A DNA stretch of 64,000 nucleotides, taken from Atractiella rhizophila (lineage: Eukaryota). Shown in pieces: positions 50,457-64,000 of the stretch. Position 1 is the stretch's first letter; each line of letters opens with the position of its first letter. Below the pieces are notes generated by a model. The model had not been told where the DNA came from, did not search any database, and saw nothing but the letters and a program-made list of their open reading frames with translations. The stretch covers positions 1-64,000 of the forward strand of contig MU271315.1 in the NCBI GenBank assembly GCA_021432655.1, read 5' to 3'. The position numbers and the translations under genes are program-made.

Positions 50457-53400
50457 CTTAAAGCTGGCTTGAAGAGATCAGCAAACGGGTTCAATCACAC
50501 GGATATTGGTGGGTGTTAATCTACTTGAAGTAGAATGATAACGCCCCTAGATTGATAGCTTACCTACGAAAGAGGCTTGTTGTTTAGGTGGCAAGGTACC
50601 CGAGAGATCGTTTTGAAAATCGAGTCGACAAACACGTGATTGGTAGATGGGGATGATGGGGACAAGTGGTGACATAAAATACAAGGTACATAGAGTGCAA
50701 TGCAGACAACAGGCATTAATTTTGCGGTCAGCGAAGAATTTAAGAGCCTTCTGTAACTTTTTTCTCGCCAGCTTGAGAATCTTCGGGTACCTCCTGGATG
50801 GCGTAGTAGTACGGTTTGGGATTTGGTGCGCCGAGGACGTGATATTCGTGTCCGAAGCCCTTGAAGGTCCGTGGAAAGCGGTAGGGAAGTGGTATCTCTG
50901 CTTCATCCACTTTGTGGTAGCTGATATGTCCTGGAGGAAGTGGTTTGTCTGGCACGAGAAGTTTAATCACTTGAAGCTCGGTATCCGTGATCGAAGGATT
51001 TGACCCTGGTATCCCATCAGCAGTGCGTTTGCAAGCCTATATGAGAGCTTACCTCTTGTTACTCGAGCGTATCCGATTCTATGAAGCCCTCTGAAGAAGA
51101 TGTACTCGCACCATCGATCCCAATCCTGTCCAGGATAATGTTAGCTCTCCGTCGTACATCGTATCATGGAGAAGAGTTTGTTGTCGCACGTACCGCAGGC
51201 TCTACATCTAACATCTTTCCATCCTGCAAGAAATAGAAGTACGGATCCGGTTTCAAACGCAAATGGCAGCTACCAAGGTTGCTCCAGCTCTCTCCCTCCT
51301 CTTCTTCCAAACTCACACATCGGCTGAATGCATGAACACCTTCTTTCCAATCCTCTAGCCTCATATTCGCGCATCCTAAAGTGAACCACGCTTTGGTAAA
51401 AAGAGGATGGACGGCTAGAGCTCGCTTGAACCATTCCTGAGAACTGCGGAAGTCACTTCTGGAATAGTAAGCGTATCCTAGCGATCGTGCTGCTCGAGGG
51501 GTTTTCGAAATCTCGTATGCCTTCTCGTAGGAAGCAACATCTTGCCCCATCAAATCACCCAGCAGACAGTAGAGCTTCCCAAGTCGGTTCTTATCCATAG
51601 TTGTGGTCGTCGCCATTCTCATGACCTCGTCACTTTCCACCTTCTCCCCTTTGATAAGTTGTTGAACAACTTCTAAACCCTTGTCTACACCCCTTTGGCC
51701 GCCCAAATCCAATGATGACAGGTTCAGATAACAATATATGACATCTTCCCACAGATGCAAGGACGCAAATACCTCAAGGGCAGATTTGATGACACCTAAA
51801 GAGTAGTAGGCCTTTCCAAGTTCTTTAGACAGGGACCAAGACGATGGAAACTCTGGCAAATCGAAGAAGAATCGCAATCGATCCTTGGCCTCCTCCATGG
51901 CTTGTTCACGATTCAATGTAGCCACTTCAAGGTTCAAAACCTCTTCCCGTAGCTCTCTCATCTGCCAGACGCCCCTCTCCACCGTTCTGCTCCTTCCGAA
52001 CTCCAATCTACTGCGTTCTAAAAGGGCAAGCGTAGTAACCGACCAATTTGAGGGAGCTGAAAGAATCGGTGCGAGGTAGGAAGACAGTTGTTCCTTACCG
52101 GAGAAGCCTAGACGTTGATGTTCTAGTAAATGGAGGAGAAGGGCTTGAGATCGTGGATGCAGTGGGGGAGGAGGGAATGGAAGGGCTGCCATAGTATTTG
52201 GGAGGATGTGAGACGACAGGGACGGGGCTGCCGGCTTTGGAACAGGAAGAGGGCTGGTTAAGGAGTAGGTTGGAGCTTCGAGTAACGTGTCGTCGTTCAA
52301 TTGCAACAGATTTGGAAGTTTTGCCCCATCGATCGAGTAATCAATAGCTTCCTTGCCATTCTCCTTGACCAGAAGAACGAGTTGAGCCTTGTCCTCAACC
52401 TGAAACTTTGTCCGTTTTCCAACGATACCCGTCAACTCGTATTCCAAGCCTTCGAGCTCGATCGCTTTCAAGAGATATTCTCTCGATTTCGATATCTCCG
52501 AAGAGATGGGAGGAGAGGTGATGGATAGATGGAGGGAAGAGAGAGTTAGGAGATAGGTAGCACGTAGATCTGGATGGGACGCAAGGTCCACAGGCTCAGG
52601 GAGTGACAATATCCACTGCTGTGGCGGGACGGGGGAGTCAAGGAGGCGGAGATGAAGCAGTGTTGCACGGTGGCACAAAATCGTATGCGCTAGAGGATAA
52701 TTTTCGCTTAACGGCGTTGGGTACGCTTTTGATTCATCTGGCACCTTCAAATCAGTTTTGCCCCTCGCAAAAGAGTCGACGAACCAAGGTTAGTATCTTT
52801 TTTATCTTCAGGCAAACCAGGGTGCAATATTCCCAGCAGTTTCAGTGTCAGGACGAGCAACAGTGGCTGTTTGACGAGATAATACGCTGGCTCTCCCAAC
52901 CTCGACAATTCTGACAAAGCCTGTTCGTTTGCAGCCGTCCAGTCGAGACCTCCCTCAAAAAATGGGAGCTTGGAATTTGAATCCTCTGCAGTGGGAGGAC
53001 CCGTATAGTTCAGCTGTACATATCGAGAGAGGAGCGAATGAGTAAGCTCAAGGAGGAGCTGAGGCGAGACATCGTCGAAATTGACGGCAACTGAGTTGTT
53101 GGTAGTGAATCGAAAGAGCGAAGACGGGGCCTTCAACGGATAAAGAGAAGGAGTGTTTTGGTATTTCAGAAGTGAAACTTCGAAATCTTTTGCGGCCATC
53201 TTAAAGCTGGCTTGAAGAGATCGGCAAACGGGTTCAATCGCACGGATATTGGTGGGTGTTAATCTACTTGAAGTAGAATGATAACGCCCCTAGATTGATA
53301 GCTTACCTACGAAAGAGGCTTCTTGTTTAGGTGGCAAGGTACTCGAGAGATCGTTTTGAAAATCGAAAATCGAGTCGACAAACACGTGATTGGTAATGCC

Positions 53401-54011
53401 GGATGGTGATGATGGGACAAGTGGTGACATAAAATACAAGGTACATAGAGTGCAATGCAGACAACAGGCATTAATTTTGCGGTCAGAGAAGAATTTAAGA
53501 GCCTTCTGTAAGTTTTTTCTCGCCAGCTTGAGAATCTTCGGGTACCTCCTGGATGGCGTAGTAGTACGGTTTGGGATTTGGTGCGCCGAGGACGTGATAC
53601 TCGTGTCCGAAGCCCTTGAAGGTCCGTGGAAAGCGGTAGGGAAGTGGTATCTCTGCTTCATCCACTTTGTGGTAGCTGATATGTCCTGGAGGAAGTGGTT
53701 TGTCTGGCACGAGAAGTTTAATCACTTGAAGCTCGGTATCCGTGATCGAAGGATTTGACCCTGGTATCCCATCAGCAGTGCGTTTGCAAGCCTATATGAG
53801 AGCTTACCTCTTGTTACTCGAGCGTATCCGATTCTATGAAGCCCTCTGAAGAAGATGTACTCGCACCATCGATCCCAATCCTGTCCAGGATAATGTTAGC
53901 TCTCCGTCGTACATCGTATCATGGAGAAGAGTTTGTTGTCGCACGTACCGCAGGCTCTACATCTAACATCTTTCCATCCTGCAAGAAATAGAAGTACGGA
54001 TCCGGTTTCAA
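48515..54011. repeat. Head-to-tail duplication 2: 48515-51256 and 51258-54011 (about 2.74 kb)
   Basis: Identical ORFs at offset 2743; junction ..GGTTTCAA-A-CGCAAATGG.. Confidence 0.95.
50740..53199 (-). CDS. Chimeric ORF: EMW1/TTC27 N-terminal ~632 codons fused in frame to the duplicated CWH43 C-terminal exons (real or assembly artefact)
   Basis: ORF 51164-52750 reads ..[29 protein letters not shown].., and the second part is CWH43 in its native frame. Confidence 0.4.
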
Positions 54012-57000
54012 CGCCGATGGTCGAGTGATCACGTATCCTAAAAACAGGAGAGGACGTGGATAAACTTCTGCCATTCTCCTCCCAAGCTCTTCAGATTGCA
54101 AACGGCGATCTTCAGGGTCTTCTTCTTGTCCATTATGTGCCACTAACACAAGGCAAGATGAGCAGAGGAGAAACAGCTTCGAGGGACTGGCTCACCGATG
54201 ACATCTACAAGTGTGCCATAAACATCGAGGGTAGCATGTATTGCTGGCGCAAGCTCACCATGCGGAGAGGGAAGCAGGATGTGCGTTGAGTTGAGGATCG
54301 GAAACTTTGACAGAAGGGTAGCACCCCACTATTCATAGATTTAGATCACGTTTGCTCAACGAGTTGGGACGTACTGTGTGCTTATTTGGTGGAGGCCCTG
54401 CACAATTGTGTGAGAATGACGTTGAAACGAAAGAGAGACAAGGGACACAAACCGTAGTCTACGTACATACCCAAGTCCTCAGACAGGAACTGGGTTCTTC
54501 AGACTCTCTCAGGTTCGTCAACATGGCGTAGAATCAGACGAGCTTACAAGTCCCTATTTCCGTTTACCACGCGCTGGAGGTCGCTTTCTAACAAGCCAAC
54601 CACATCAAGTTCCATATCTTTGATTAGATCTCTCATTCTCCTCTGACTCTCCCGTCCAAAACCGTCAAGTCCAAAATGTATTGTCCAAATCCCTGCGGTC
54701 AACATCTTTTGCTCAGGATGATAAGGGGTGGGTACGTCTAGAGAATGCAGTCGATAGAAGACGGTGCAGATGGCGAGGAGGGAGGAGACGGTGACGAATG
54801 CGTTTGTTCGAGTGATCACTTTCTTGAATGTCCTCGAAGGAGCATAGCTCGCCCATGACCGCTGGCCTTTCCTAAGGGAAAAGACTGGTCGAAATCCAAC
54901 AGCCATGAAGACGAGCATAATGACCAATATAGTACCCGAGCTCTCTCTCAGATATTCTCCACCTGAACACCACCCGAGTCAGCATGACGCCGGATTTGGA
55001 GCAAGGAGTAAAGGGCAGGACAAACCAGGGACAAACGCATAGGCCACCGTCCAGACATTTGCCAGAACGAGCACGTTGTAAACCAACCAAGCAAGTGCCA
55101 GCGAAAGAGGTGAACACATTGCAGCTGCTTCCACAAAGGCGGGTACCCAGCTGAGCAACCGGAGTGCGAAGAGCAAGCCTCCAAGGTATGACCACCATCC
55201 TTCGAGTTTGTAGAGAGCCGTGGCTCCACCAGCACCCAGAAGGAAGGTGAGAGGATGAGGGGTCGAGAGACTCAAATAGATGCCGAGAGACATAAAAACG
55301 ACCTGCGGCATAACTCAGCTTGTCTCTTGCGATTGGCGAGGAGACGTACGGTGAGAGCGGAATGGGGGAGAATAACTGGTCCGTTAATCGGATATCCCGT
55401 CCATCCCCAAATGAGCAGTGTCCCAGAATCGCTCGTGAAAGTATGAAGCGCGAAGATTAAACTCCCCAATCCAAGCGCAGATGTAATGGTTCGATAGGTC
55501 CTTCTAGGTATAGACTCCCTTTCTCCAGTTCCGCGACGCGGCGGTGGCGATGGAATATAGAGGTCTACAGCTGAAGCCAGGAGGAAGAAGAACAGTCCAA
55601 GATTATTCCAACCTCCGGTGAGAACGCGCATAAAGGGCCACACTGGATTTAGGGATCGGCCAAAAATCTTTATCACGACATGAACGAGTAGTCCCAAGGC
55701 CCATGTTCTAATCGTCAATGTATCAATCCTGTCACCTTCATCGGAAATGGAAGTAAGACTAACATGCTTCTACTTTTCCCCTCTTCCGTCCCAGCATATC
55801 CATACCACTCTGCTGCCAATGCCATACAAGTTCCGAAGTTGCCGAGAGCCACGACTTGTAGTCGAAGCATTGGGTCCTCAGTTATATTATAGGCTAGAAG
55901 GATAGGGAGGAAGGAGATGAAGCGGAGCGGGCGAATGTTTCTTATGACGAGGCGACGGAGTGGAGGGAAGAGAAGAAAGACAGGAGAGAGGGTCACGAAC
56001 TGAAGTGGAACCATTCATCAACTGCAGTGCGGCAGGAAAAGGGAGACAAACAAGCAATGCCTCCCACCCCGACAGAGACAGGGACCAAGTCGACCAATAA
56101 AAGATCATCGGACCCAAAGCTGTGAGACCAGTCCACCAGCAGAATGCTGTCGGTCGATCAATCGATGAACTCTCGAATCGAAAAGGAGAGCAGCATACCG
56201 AGGTATGCCTCAGCCAGCCATTTGCCCAACTCCTCATTGGGACTCAAGATCCTCACTGCCTCCTCTTTCACTCTCTGTTGCTTGGGCATTGTAGTTCGGG
56301 CACTGTCATTCGGATTTCTCAGCCCTCCTAGTTACATGCAAAGGCAAAGGCAAAGACGCATACCCCTTCTCCATGCCCTCCCCTGTGCCTCCTAGGTCAA
56401 TCGTCAACTTGAACCGTGAGAATTCCTCCGACGTCAAAGAATCAAAGATTACGTCGGAGAAGACAAGGGTCCATTCGCAGATCGCATATTTGCTGTACGC
56501 TGTCAGTGACAAGCACGAAGTTAGGATTGTGGACGTTAAGCAGCAAGATTAAGGAGTACGGACCTCCTGCGACGCGATGTACTTTGTGCTGTATGAACAG
56601 ATAGATGAGAGGGACGATGGTTCCGAAAAAAGTGCCAGCGACCAGTATTCGGCGTTTCTTGATATGAGGGAGAGAAGGAGCCGTTAGAGTCGTGCAACCG
56701 TACATCCATGGTATTGTGAGGACCATATAGCTGTTAGAGACCCGTCACAACGTTGGTCGTTAGACGAATTACGAAATAAGGTGGATACATACCTAATCAT
56801 ATAGATATCGTGCCAATCATGATCGTCCGTCGAAGTGATATACACCCATCCCGCGCACATCAAGGTGCGGATGAAACCAGCGAGTACCGTCCATTTAGGT
56901 AGCGAAGAAGAGGTAAACGAGGAGGAAGAAGAGATGTAGAAAAGTGCAAGGAGGAGCAGGCGAGGACCTATCGGCGGCCATGACATTAGAGAACAAACGA

Positions 57001-57536
57001 AGAGGCCGGGAGAAGAACGCACCAGATGCGAAGGCGATGAGTATTTGGAAAACGGAACGCTCGGGGTACCAGTCTCTGTTCCCAAGAAAGAGCGAAAGTC
57101 AGCACCGCGACTATGCTTATGGATGGGGAGAAATGCTCTGTTGTGGTAGGCAGAAAGTGCCAAGCCAAAAGGAAGGCGGATAAACATACCCTATTGTCGC
57201 TGAGACTGAAGGCCACCATTCCTGGCTCCTAATTAGTTTCGTCCCTTTGGCACAGAAAATTTAAGCCTACCTGTGGATATCCATGATACTGTTCAGGAAT
57301 GAAGTCAGACGCGCATACGAGGGGGACACAGGCGTCATACCTGGTTCTTGACGATTTTCTTGTAGTGAAACCACAGGCCGAATACGAGCGCAGAGACAAA
57401 AGAGCCTGTTCAAGTTCAAGTCAGTGTTGGGGTCCTGAATTACAGGAAGGGACGAATTGTACCCAGTCCAAGAACAGTGTGACACACCGCGACGTGAGAA
57501 CCGGACAGCTTCCACAATATTAGAATTTACGGCCAT
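53495..57536 (-). CDS. CWH43: GPI lipid remodelling protein Cwh43 (Frag1/PGAP2 N-terminus plus EEP-fold C-terminus; spliced)
   Basis: [81 protein letters not shown]. Confidence 0.93.
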
Positions 57537-57796
57537 GAGCAAGAAAAATACATACGCGCAAAGCCCCTCTAGACCTGTGGTCGCTCATGTCTTTGACACC
57601 TCAAAAGGCAATCAGAACTTCCGTTCAAGCTGTTGTGACGTTTTCGGACCCGGTCTGTGTGTTTGCGGTCGGATTTAACTAAACCTTTTGTTCATGAGAT
57701 CGAGTCAATTTCAAAAGAAATATTGCGCATTTTTTGGCACAAGACAACCACAGTCTGAGGATACCACGCTCTGCAGGTCTCGCCTGCAAGAAGTCG

Positions 57797-60700
57797 ATGG
57801 AAAACGCTGCCTACGACCCTTCAGCGCCTGCCGACCAACAGTTCTTCCCTAACGAAGTGACAGTTTCAGCTTCCTCGCAAGCAGCACCTTCAGGTTCAAG
57901 CGTCCTCATTATTGACGATGAGTTACTGGAGAATGTGAATAATTTAGATCAAAAATTTGAAGATGGGGAGGGGCGACCGATATACGATGATCCTGGAGGA
58001 TCGATGCTTTCAGGTCCGTACGCTTCGCTTCTGCTTGAGCATGGGTACACAAAGCTCGTTTTGTTTCAGGACCCATTGGAACATCTGTACCTACGTCCAT
58101 GACGAGTAGACGTCGCTCTATGTCCAGAGGAAGAGATTCTCGCCGAAACTCGCTTGCTCGCAGCTCCATTTCACGCTCTTCCCTCTCACTACACTCTGTC
58201 ACTTCAGAGCAGGATCATGGACGGACCAGAAAGAGTAAAGGAAAGCAACCGGCGCGGAGATCTTCAGAATACTCCCGTAGAAGCGAAGAACGTGGACGTG
58301 GCAAAGCAGATGAGGAGGAGGAGGAGGAGGCAGAAGGAAAAGGATGGTTCACCTTCTTTCGTACCTCGATGGATCGCGATCGTCCCATCCCTGCTGATGC
58401 GCTCTCGGACGCCTCTCGCCCGCTCAGCACGGACCGTAGCCGCTCGCGCAAGCCTCGACGCTCCTCTTCTCGCGCCTCCAACCGCTCAAGGAACAGTGGG
58501 GACGAGTTTCCTTCTCCCTCTGAATCGGAGGACGACGATCCGTATGGCCCATATGGGTCCTCATCGGGATCTTCCACACATTCCTCGCAAGAAAATGCCC
58601 GCGAATCTTCTTTCCTTCCGTTCACTGCCGGCGTCGGTGGAGCTGGGCACGACGAAGTGTTTGGAGAGGAAGACGGAGAAGAGGAATGGAAGCGAGATAC
58701 GCGGCTAGAGCTGCCCGCGGTGGAAGGAGATACGAGTACGGAAACGTCGTCCAGTCAACCCATATACATCGTGGCTGAAGATCTACCGATCTTATTTCGC
58801 GGTTTTGGAGCTACTGCCCTCTCCAGAATCACTTGGACCATCTGGTGCTGCTGCACCTTGGGACTTGCGGCCTTGGCCGCTCGTTGGTTCCCCGGTTGGG
58901 GGTTGAGAAGGAAGGGGATCGAGAAGGAGTTCAAGGAGGCAGAACAAATTGTGGTCCATGTGGAGGGAGGCGGGATGCACGTCGTGCCTGTAAGGACGGT
59001 TCAGTTCGGAGAAGAGGTCCAGGAAAAAGAGATATTCGAGCAAAGCATCAAGATACCTCAGCGATGGAGAGAGGACCCGCTGTTGGTCAATGACCAATCT
59101 ACTCCTGGAAAAAACGGCGTGGCGAAGTTGAGCCAAGTCAAAATAGTGGATTTCAGATATTACCGTTTCATTCTGCATCCACGGAAAGAACGCTGGATGA
59201 TGTTGAAGGATTGGTCAGATAGTAGCTGGACATCGAAGGAGTCATTAAGGAGAGGAGTGGACGACGGTGCAATCAAGTGGAGGCTCAAAATATTTGGGGA
59301 GAACGTTATCGACATCGAGAGTAGGGGACTCATCACATTGCTTCTAGACGAAGTATTCTTTCTCTCAATCTTCTTCACGATCACGCTGACTTGCATCACA
59401 GGTGCTACATCCCTTTTATATCTTTCAAATTGCCTCCATCATCCTTTGGTCCCTCGATGACTATTACTACTATGCAACGTATGTATTCCGTCCCCCACAA
59501 TAAACTCATACTGAATTCTCGGCAGGTGTATCGCCCTCATCAGCGCGGTTAGCATCACGACCACGCTCATTGAGACCCGGACAGTGAGTATTTACCACTG
59601 TGTTCAGGTTTGAAGGATGCTGAAATTTGGGCTGTTAATGTAGAATATCGAAAGAATGAGAGAAATGTCACGTTTTGTCTGCGACGTTGCTGTTCTACGA
59701 AAGGGTTCCTGTGAGCGTTTTCATCTCTATTACGGATCGATCAGACCACTGAACGACTTTAGGGCAAACAATTCCCTCAACCGCCCTTGTTCCTGGAGAT
59801 CTGATCGACGTGGCGCGAGCAGACTTTCACACAATCCCAGCTGATCTTGTTCTGCTCTCTGGCGAGGCGATTGTTAACGAATCAATGCTCACCGGAGAAT
59901 CAGTACCCGTCCCCAAGGTACCAATAGAGCAGCCTCATATTTTCAGAGAATTGAGAGAGCGGCCGGGCGAATTGTCACCCGAAGCAAGTCGACACGTCCT
60001 TTACAGCGGTACAAGGGTTGTGCGGATGAGAAAGAGCGGAAATGGACATGAAGGCGAGGCTGTCGCGGTGGTTCTGCTCACAGGTATACCTTCTTCGTTC
60101 GGATAACTTCATGCTGAGTGCCGAAATAGCTTTCAACACAACTAAGGGTGCTTTGGTTCGCTCGATGCTCTTTCCCAAGCCCATGGGGTACGTGGTTACG
60201 GTCATCTAATCGTGTACTCATTCCCTCTTAGATTCAAATTTTACCGCGACTCTTTTCGTTTCATCGGAGTCTTAGCGGGAATAGCTGGCCTCGGTTTCAT
60301 TGTCAGCTCCGTCAGATTTGTGGAAATGGGCGTAAGCCGCGAGCCCTTCTCTCTGCTTAGATAAATTGATGAGAGTTGCTTCAGATTAAATGGTCTACTA
60401 TTGCCAAACGAGCAGGCGATCTGGTAACCATCGTCGTACCACCTGCTCTACCAGCAACCATGTCCATCGGGACGACGTTTGCAATCGCACGACTGCGCAA
60501 GTTGGGCATCTTCTGCATTTCGCCCAATCGTGTAAACATTGGCGGCAAAATCAATATCGTCTGCTTCGACAAAACGGGCACCCTGACAGAGGATGGGCTA
60601 GATGTTCTTGGAGTGCGCAGCGTGGATCGAAGCCAGAATCGTTTCAGTCAGATGTTTACTGACATTGAGGATGTGCCCATATTCGGTGCAGCCGATTCTA

Positions 60701-63262
60701 AAACTCCCCTCCTGCACGCTCTGGCTACTTGTCACGCATTGAGAGTCGTAGAAGGAACCATCGTCGGAGATCCATTGGATCTGAGGATGTTTGAGTTCAC
60801 GAAGTGGACGTTGGAGGAGGGTAAGGAGCCTCAGCCACCTCGGGCTTCAATGGAGGATAGACGGGAGGCTGATCGCATTGAAAGAGGAGTGGGAAAACCT
60901 GGAGGCGTCATTAAAAAGGTTCCGGAGCGAGTCGCGACGTTGGTCCAACTGGTGGTTCGTCCACCAGGAGGAGAACGCTTTCAACTCGAAGATGCCATCA
61001 AAGGGGCCGGCAAGAAGGTGCGCCACTCTGATATCTACCGGTCTATTCTCCTCAATGTGGCGACAGAGAGCGCATTTCCTCGAACTTGGTGTCATTCGAG
61101 CATTCGACTTCGTCTCGGCTTTGCGCCGCATGACGGTACTTGTAAAGAAACTCAAGTCCCAGAGTGTAGAGGTGTACACAAAAGGAGCTCCGGAAGTCAT
61201 GGCGGAAATCTGCGACAGGAGTACTCGTGCGTGCATTTTAGACACATTAACGGCGTTGTTGATGAATGCTAGTGCCTCATGATTATGATGAGATCTTGTC
61301 CAAATACACTAGGAAAGGATTCAGGGTCATTGCGGTCGCTGCCAAAAGCGTTTCTGGACTAACTTGGGTCAAAGCGCAACGGATGAAGAGGTTTGTAGCC
61401 TTCTCGCTTTGCTGTACGCATCTTCACATCTTCCTTACCGAATGTCCAGGGAACAAGCTGAATCCGATCTCCGATTCTTGGGACTTATCATCTTCGAAAA
61501 TAAGCTGAAACCGGGAACAGAACCCGCCATCCACTCTTTGCGCACCGCCCACATTGCCTGTCGAATGTGCACTGGCGACAATATTCGAACAGGCATTAGT
61601 GTCGCGCGCGAGTGTGGGATGATATCCGATGGCGCTCATGTCTATCTGCCTTCGTTCGTCAGAGGTAGGCACCAGCTTTCTGTCCACACCTACTGACTGA
61701 AATCAGGTGGTCCTGAGGATCCGGATTCAGCTATTTCGTGGACTGATGTGGATCGTCCTCGCAAACGACTTGATCATTACAGTCTTCGGGTGGGTTGTGA
61801 CCATTCGATCAACCCTCACTGATCTTGTATTTAGCCGGTGGCTGAGTACGACGCAGATGACCACGAGAGTGCAAGCGCCTTCTCTTTAGAGTCAAACGGG
61901 GAGTCTGCTCCGTACCATTTGGCTATCTCTGGAGATGTTTTTCGATGGATGATTGATTATGGGGCTCGAGAGACCCTTCACCGAGTGCGTCCTTCTTCAA
62001 GGGGTGCAGAACGTGTTTAAGAGCTTCCTAGATGCTGGTGAAAGGCATCGTGTACGCTCGGATGTCACCAGACGAGAAGCAAGAACTTGTTGAAAAGTTG
62101 CAAGGATTGGGTTACGTCACGAGCTTTTGCGGTGATGGCGCAAACGATTGCGGTGCACTCAAAGCTGCGGACGTTGGAATTTCACTATCAGAAGCAGAAG
62201 CATCTGTTGCAGCCCCCTTTACCAGTCGAGTTGCGGACATTTCGTGCGTCTTGGAAGTCATCAAGGAAGGTCGAGCTGCTCTCGTAACTAGTTTTAGTTG
62301 CTTCAAGTTCATGTAAGTACTGGTCTCTGTTTCTCTAACTGCCCTTATGCTACTTAGGGCTCTCTATTCGCTCATCCAATTTACTACTGTCACGATTTTG
62401 TACTCCATGGCTTCTTCGCTAGGCGACTTCCAGGTAAGCGTCGATCGGTCTGACAACCTCACTCTAAAGGTTGAGACAGTTCTTGTACATCGATTTATTC
62501 CTCATTTTACCCCTCGCTGTGACAAGTAAGAGCTCTCTTTGAGCGATGATCAAGCTCATACTTTCACAGTGGGACGAACGGATCCATTCCCTCGACTTGT
62601 ACCCAAACGACCAACCGCCAATCTTATATCGAAACATGTCTTGACATCGCTTATAGGACAAATCATCATCACGTCTGGTTTTCAGCTCTTCGTTTTTCAT
62701 TACGTCCGCTCTCAATCTTGGTAAGCACCTACTTCATTGAAAGACCAAGGTAAGTTTGGAAAATCAGGTACAATGCCTTGCACCTTGTGGCGAAACCAGA
62801 CGATCTAGAAATCGCAAGTTTCGAAAATTCGAGCTTGTTTCTGGTCTCGTGCTTCCAGTATATCCTCGTGGCGGCCGTCTTCTGTGTGGGACCTCCATAT
62901 CGTCAGCCTCTCACTACCAATGGTAAGGAACCTGAGAACAAAGCGACAATGTCTGACGTCAATTCGTAGGTGCTCTGGTCGCTGTGATGAGTGGTTTGGT
63001 CCTAGCCAGTCTTTACATCTTGTTGGTGCCAACCAGTTTCATCTATTACATTCTTGAACTCGTCATTTTCCCTCGCCAATTCCGCTCCGAATTACTCCTC
63101 CTTATCGCAGTAGACTGTGGTCTTTCGTGGATCTTCGAAGTTTGGGCGGCTGCAAGAGTGGCAAAGTTCATTGGAAATAGCATCAAAGGGTGGCGACGAT
63201 GGCGAGGGACGCGCAAATCGGACGGGCGTCTATACAAGAGCATTGAACGCGACATGGAATAG
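57797..63262 (+). CDS. YPK9: P5B-type ATPase (Ypk9/ATP13A family; spliced)
   Basis: [17 protein letters not shown] (P5B), [29 protein letters not shown]. Confidence 0.93.
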
Positions 63263-63398
63263 CACTCAATGAAGGGATATATACCCTAAGGAAGGTCATA
63301 CAATGCTATAGACTATCCAAATATGCCATTAACTGGTCAATTATAGACTTTTGATCTTCTGCTTCTTCGCCCATGCCATTCTTGTATTCCTCAAGTAA

Positions 63399-64000
63399 AA
63401 CGTATGTATTCCGTCCCCCACAATAAACTCATACTGAATTCTCGGCAGGTGTATCGCCCTCATCAGCGCGGTTAGCATCACGACCACGCTCATTGAGACC
63501 CGGACAGTGAGTATTTACCACTGTGTTCAGGTTTGAAGGATGCTGAAATTTGGGCTGTTAATGTAGAATATCGAAAGAATGAGAGAAATGTCACGTTTTG
63601 TCTGCGACGTTGCTGTTCTACGAAAGGGTTCCTGTGAGCGTTTTCATCTCTATTACGGATCGATCAGACCACTGAACGACTTTAGGGCAAACAATTCCCT
63701 CAACCGCCCTTGTTCCTGGAGATCTGATCGACGTGGCGCGAGCAGACTTTCACACAATCCCAGCTGATCTTGTTCTGCTCTCTGGCGAGGCGATTGTTAA
63801 CGAATCAATGCTCACCGGAGAATCAGTACCCGTCCCCAAGGTATCAATAGAGCAGCCTCATATTTTCAGAGAATTGAGAGAGCGGCCGGGCGAATTGTCA
63901 CCCGAAGCCAGTCGACACGTCCTTTACAGTGGTACGAGGGTTGTGCGGATGAGAAAGAGCGGAAATGGATATGAAGGCGAGGCTGTTGCAGTCGTCCTGC
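63399..64000 (+). repeat. Start of head-to-tail duplication 3: partial copy of the P5B ATPase from 59476 (offset 3923), running off the window
   Basis: 63399-64000 matches 59476-60077 with a few mostly synonymous differences. Confidence 0.95.

Overview
Gene-dense eukaryotic nuclear DNA with many ~45-60 nt GT-AG introns. Gene content and intron style suggest a basidiomycete fungus, which is an inference. About 20 genes are recognisable: UTP15, RCF2, a GH18 chitinase with a CBM5/12 tail, a DUF262/GmrSD-N (ParB/Srx-fold) domain gene, a class I terpene synthase, a WD40 protein, an INO80-subunit-like coiled-coil protein, a rhodanese, a cytochrome P450, CCA1, a cis-prenyltransferase, a CAMKK-like kinase, a Zn2Cys6 factor, YVC1, SPT2, TMA46, DGA1, EMW1/TTC27, CWH43 and a P5B ATPase. 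Five observations stand out. (1) Two very long, hairpin-dense introns (978 nt in UTP15, about 380 nt at the 5' end of SPT2) look like unannotated structured RNAs. (2) A spliced gene carries the DUF262 motifs best known from prokaryotic modification-dependent restriction systems. (3) The terpene synthase ends in an apparent membrane tail anchor. (4) Three 2.2-3.9 kb head-to-tail duplications are present, and both fully visible junctions carry one extra A. They are probably haplotype/scaffolding artefacts, but one creates an in-frame EMW1-CWH43 chimera. (5) The CAMKK-like kinase has a degenerate Gly loop and DFS in place of DFG. Exon boundaries were read by eye, and no database searches or folding programs were run.
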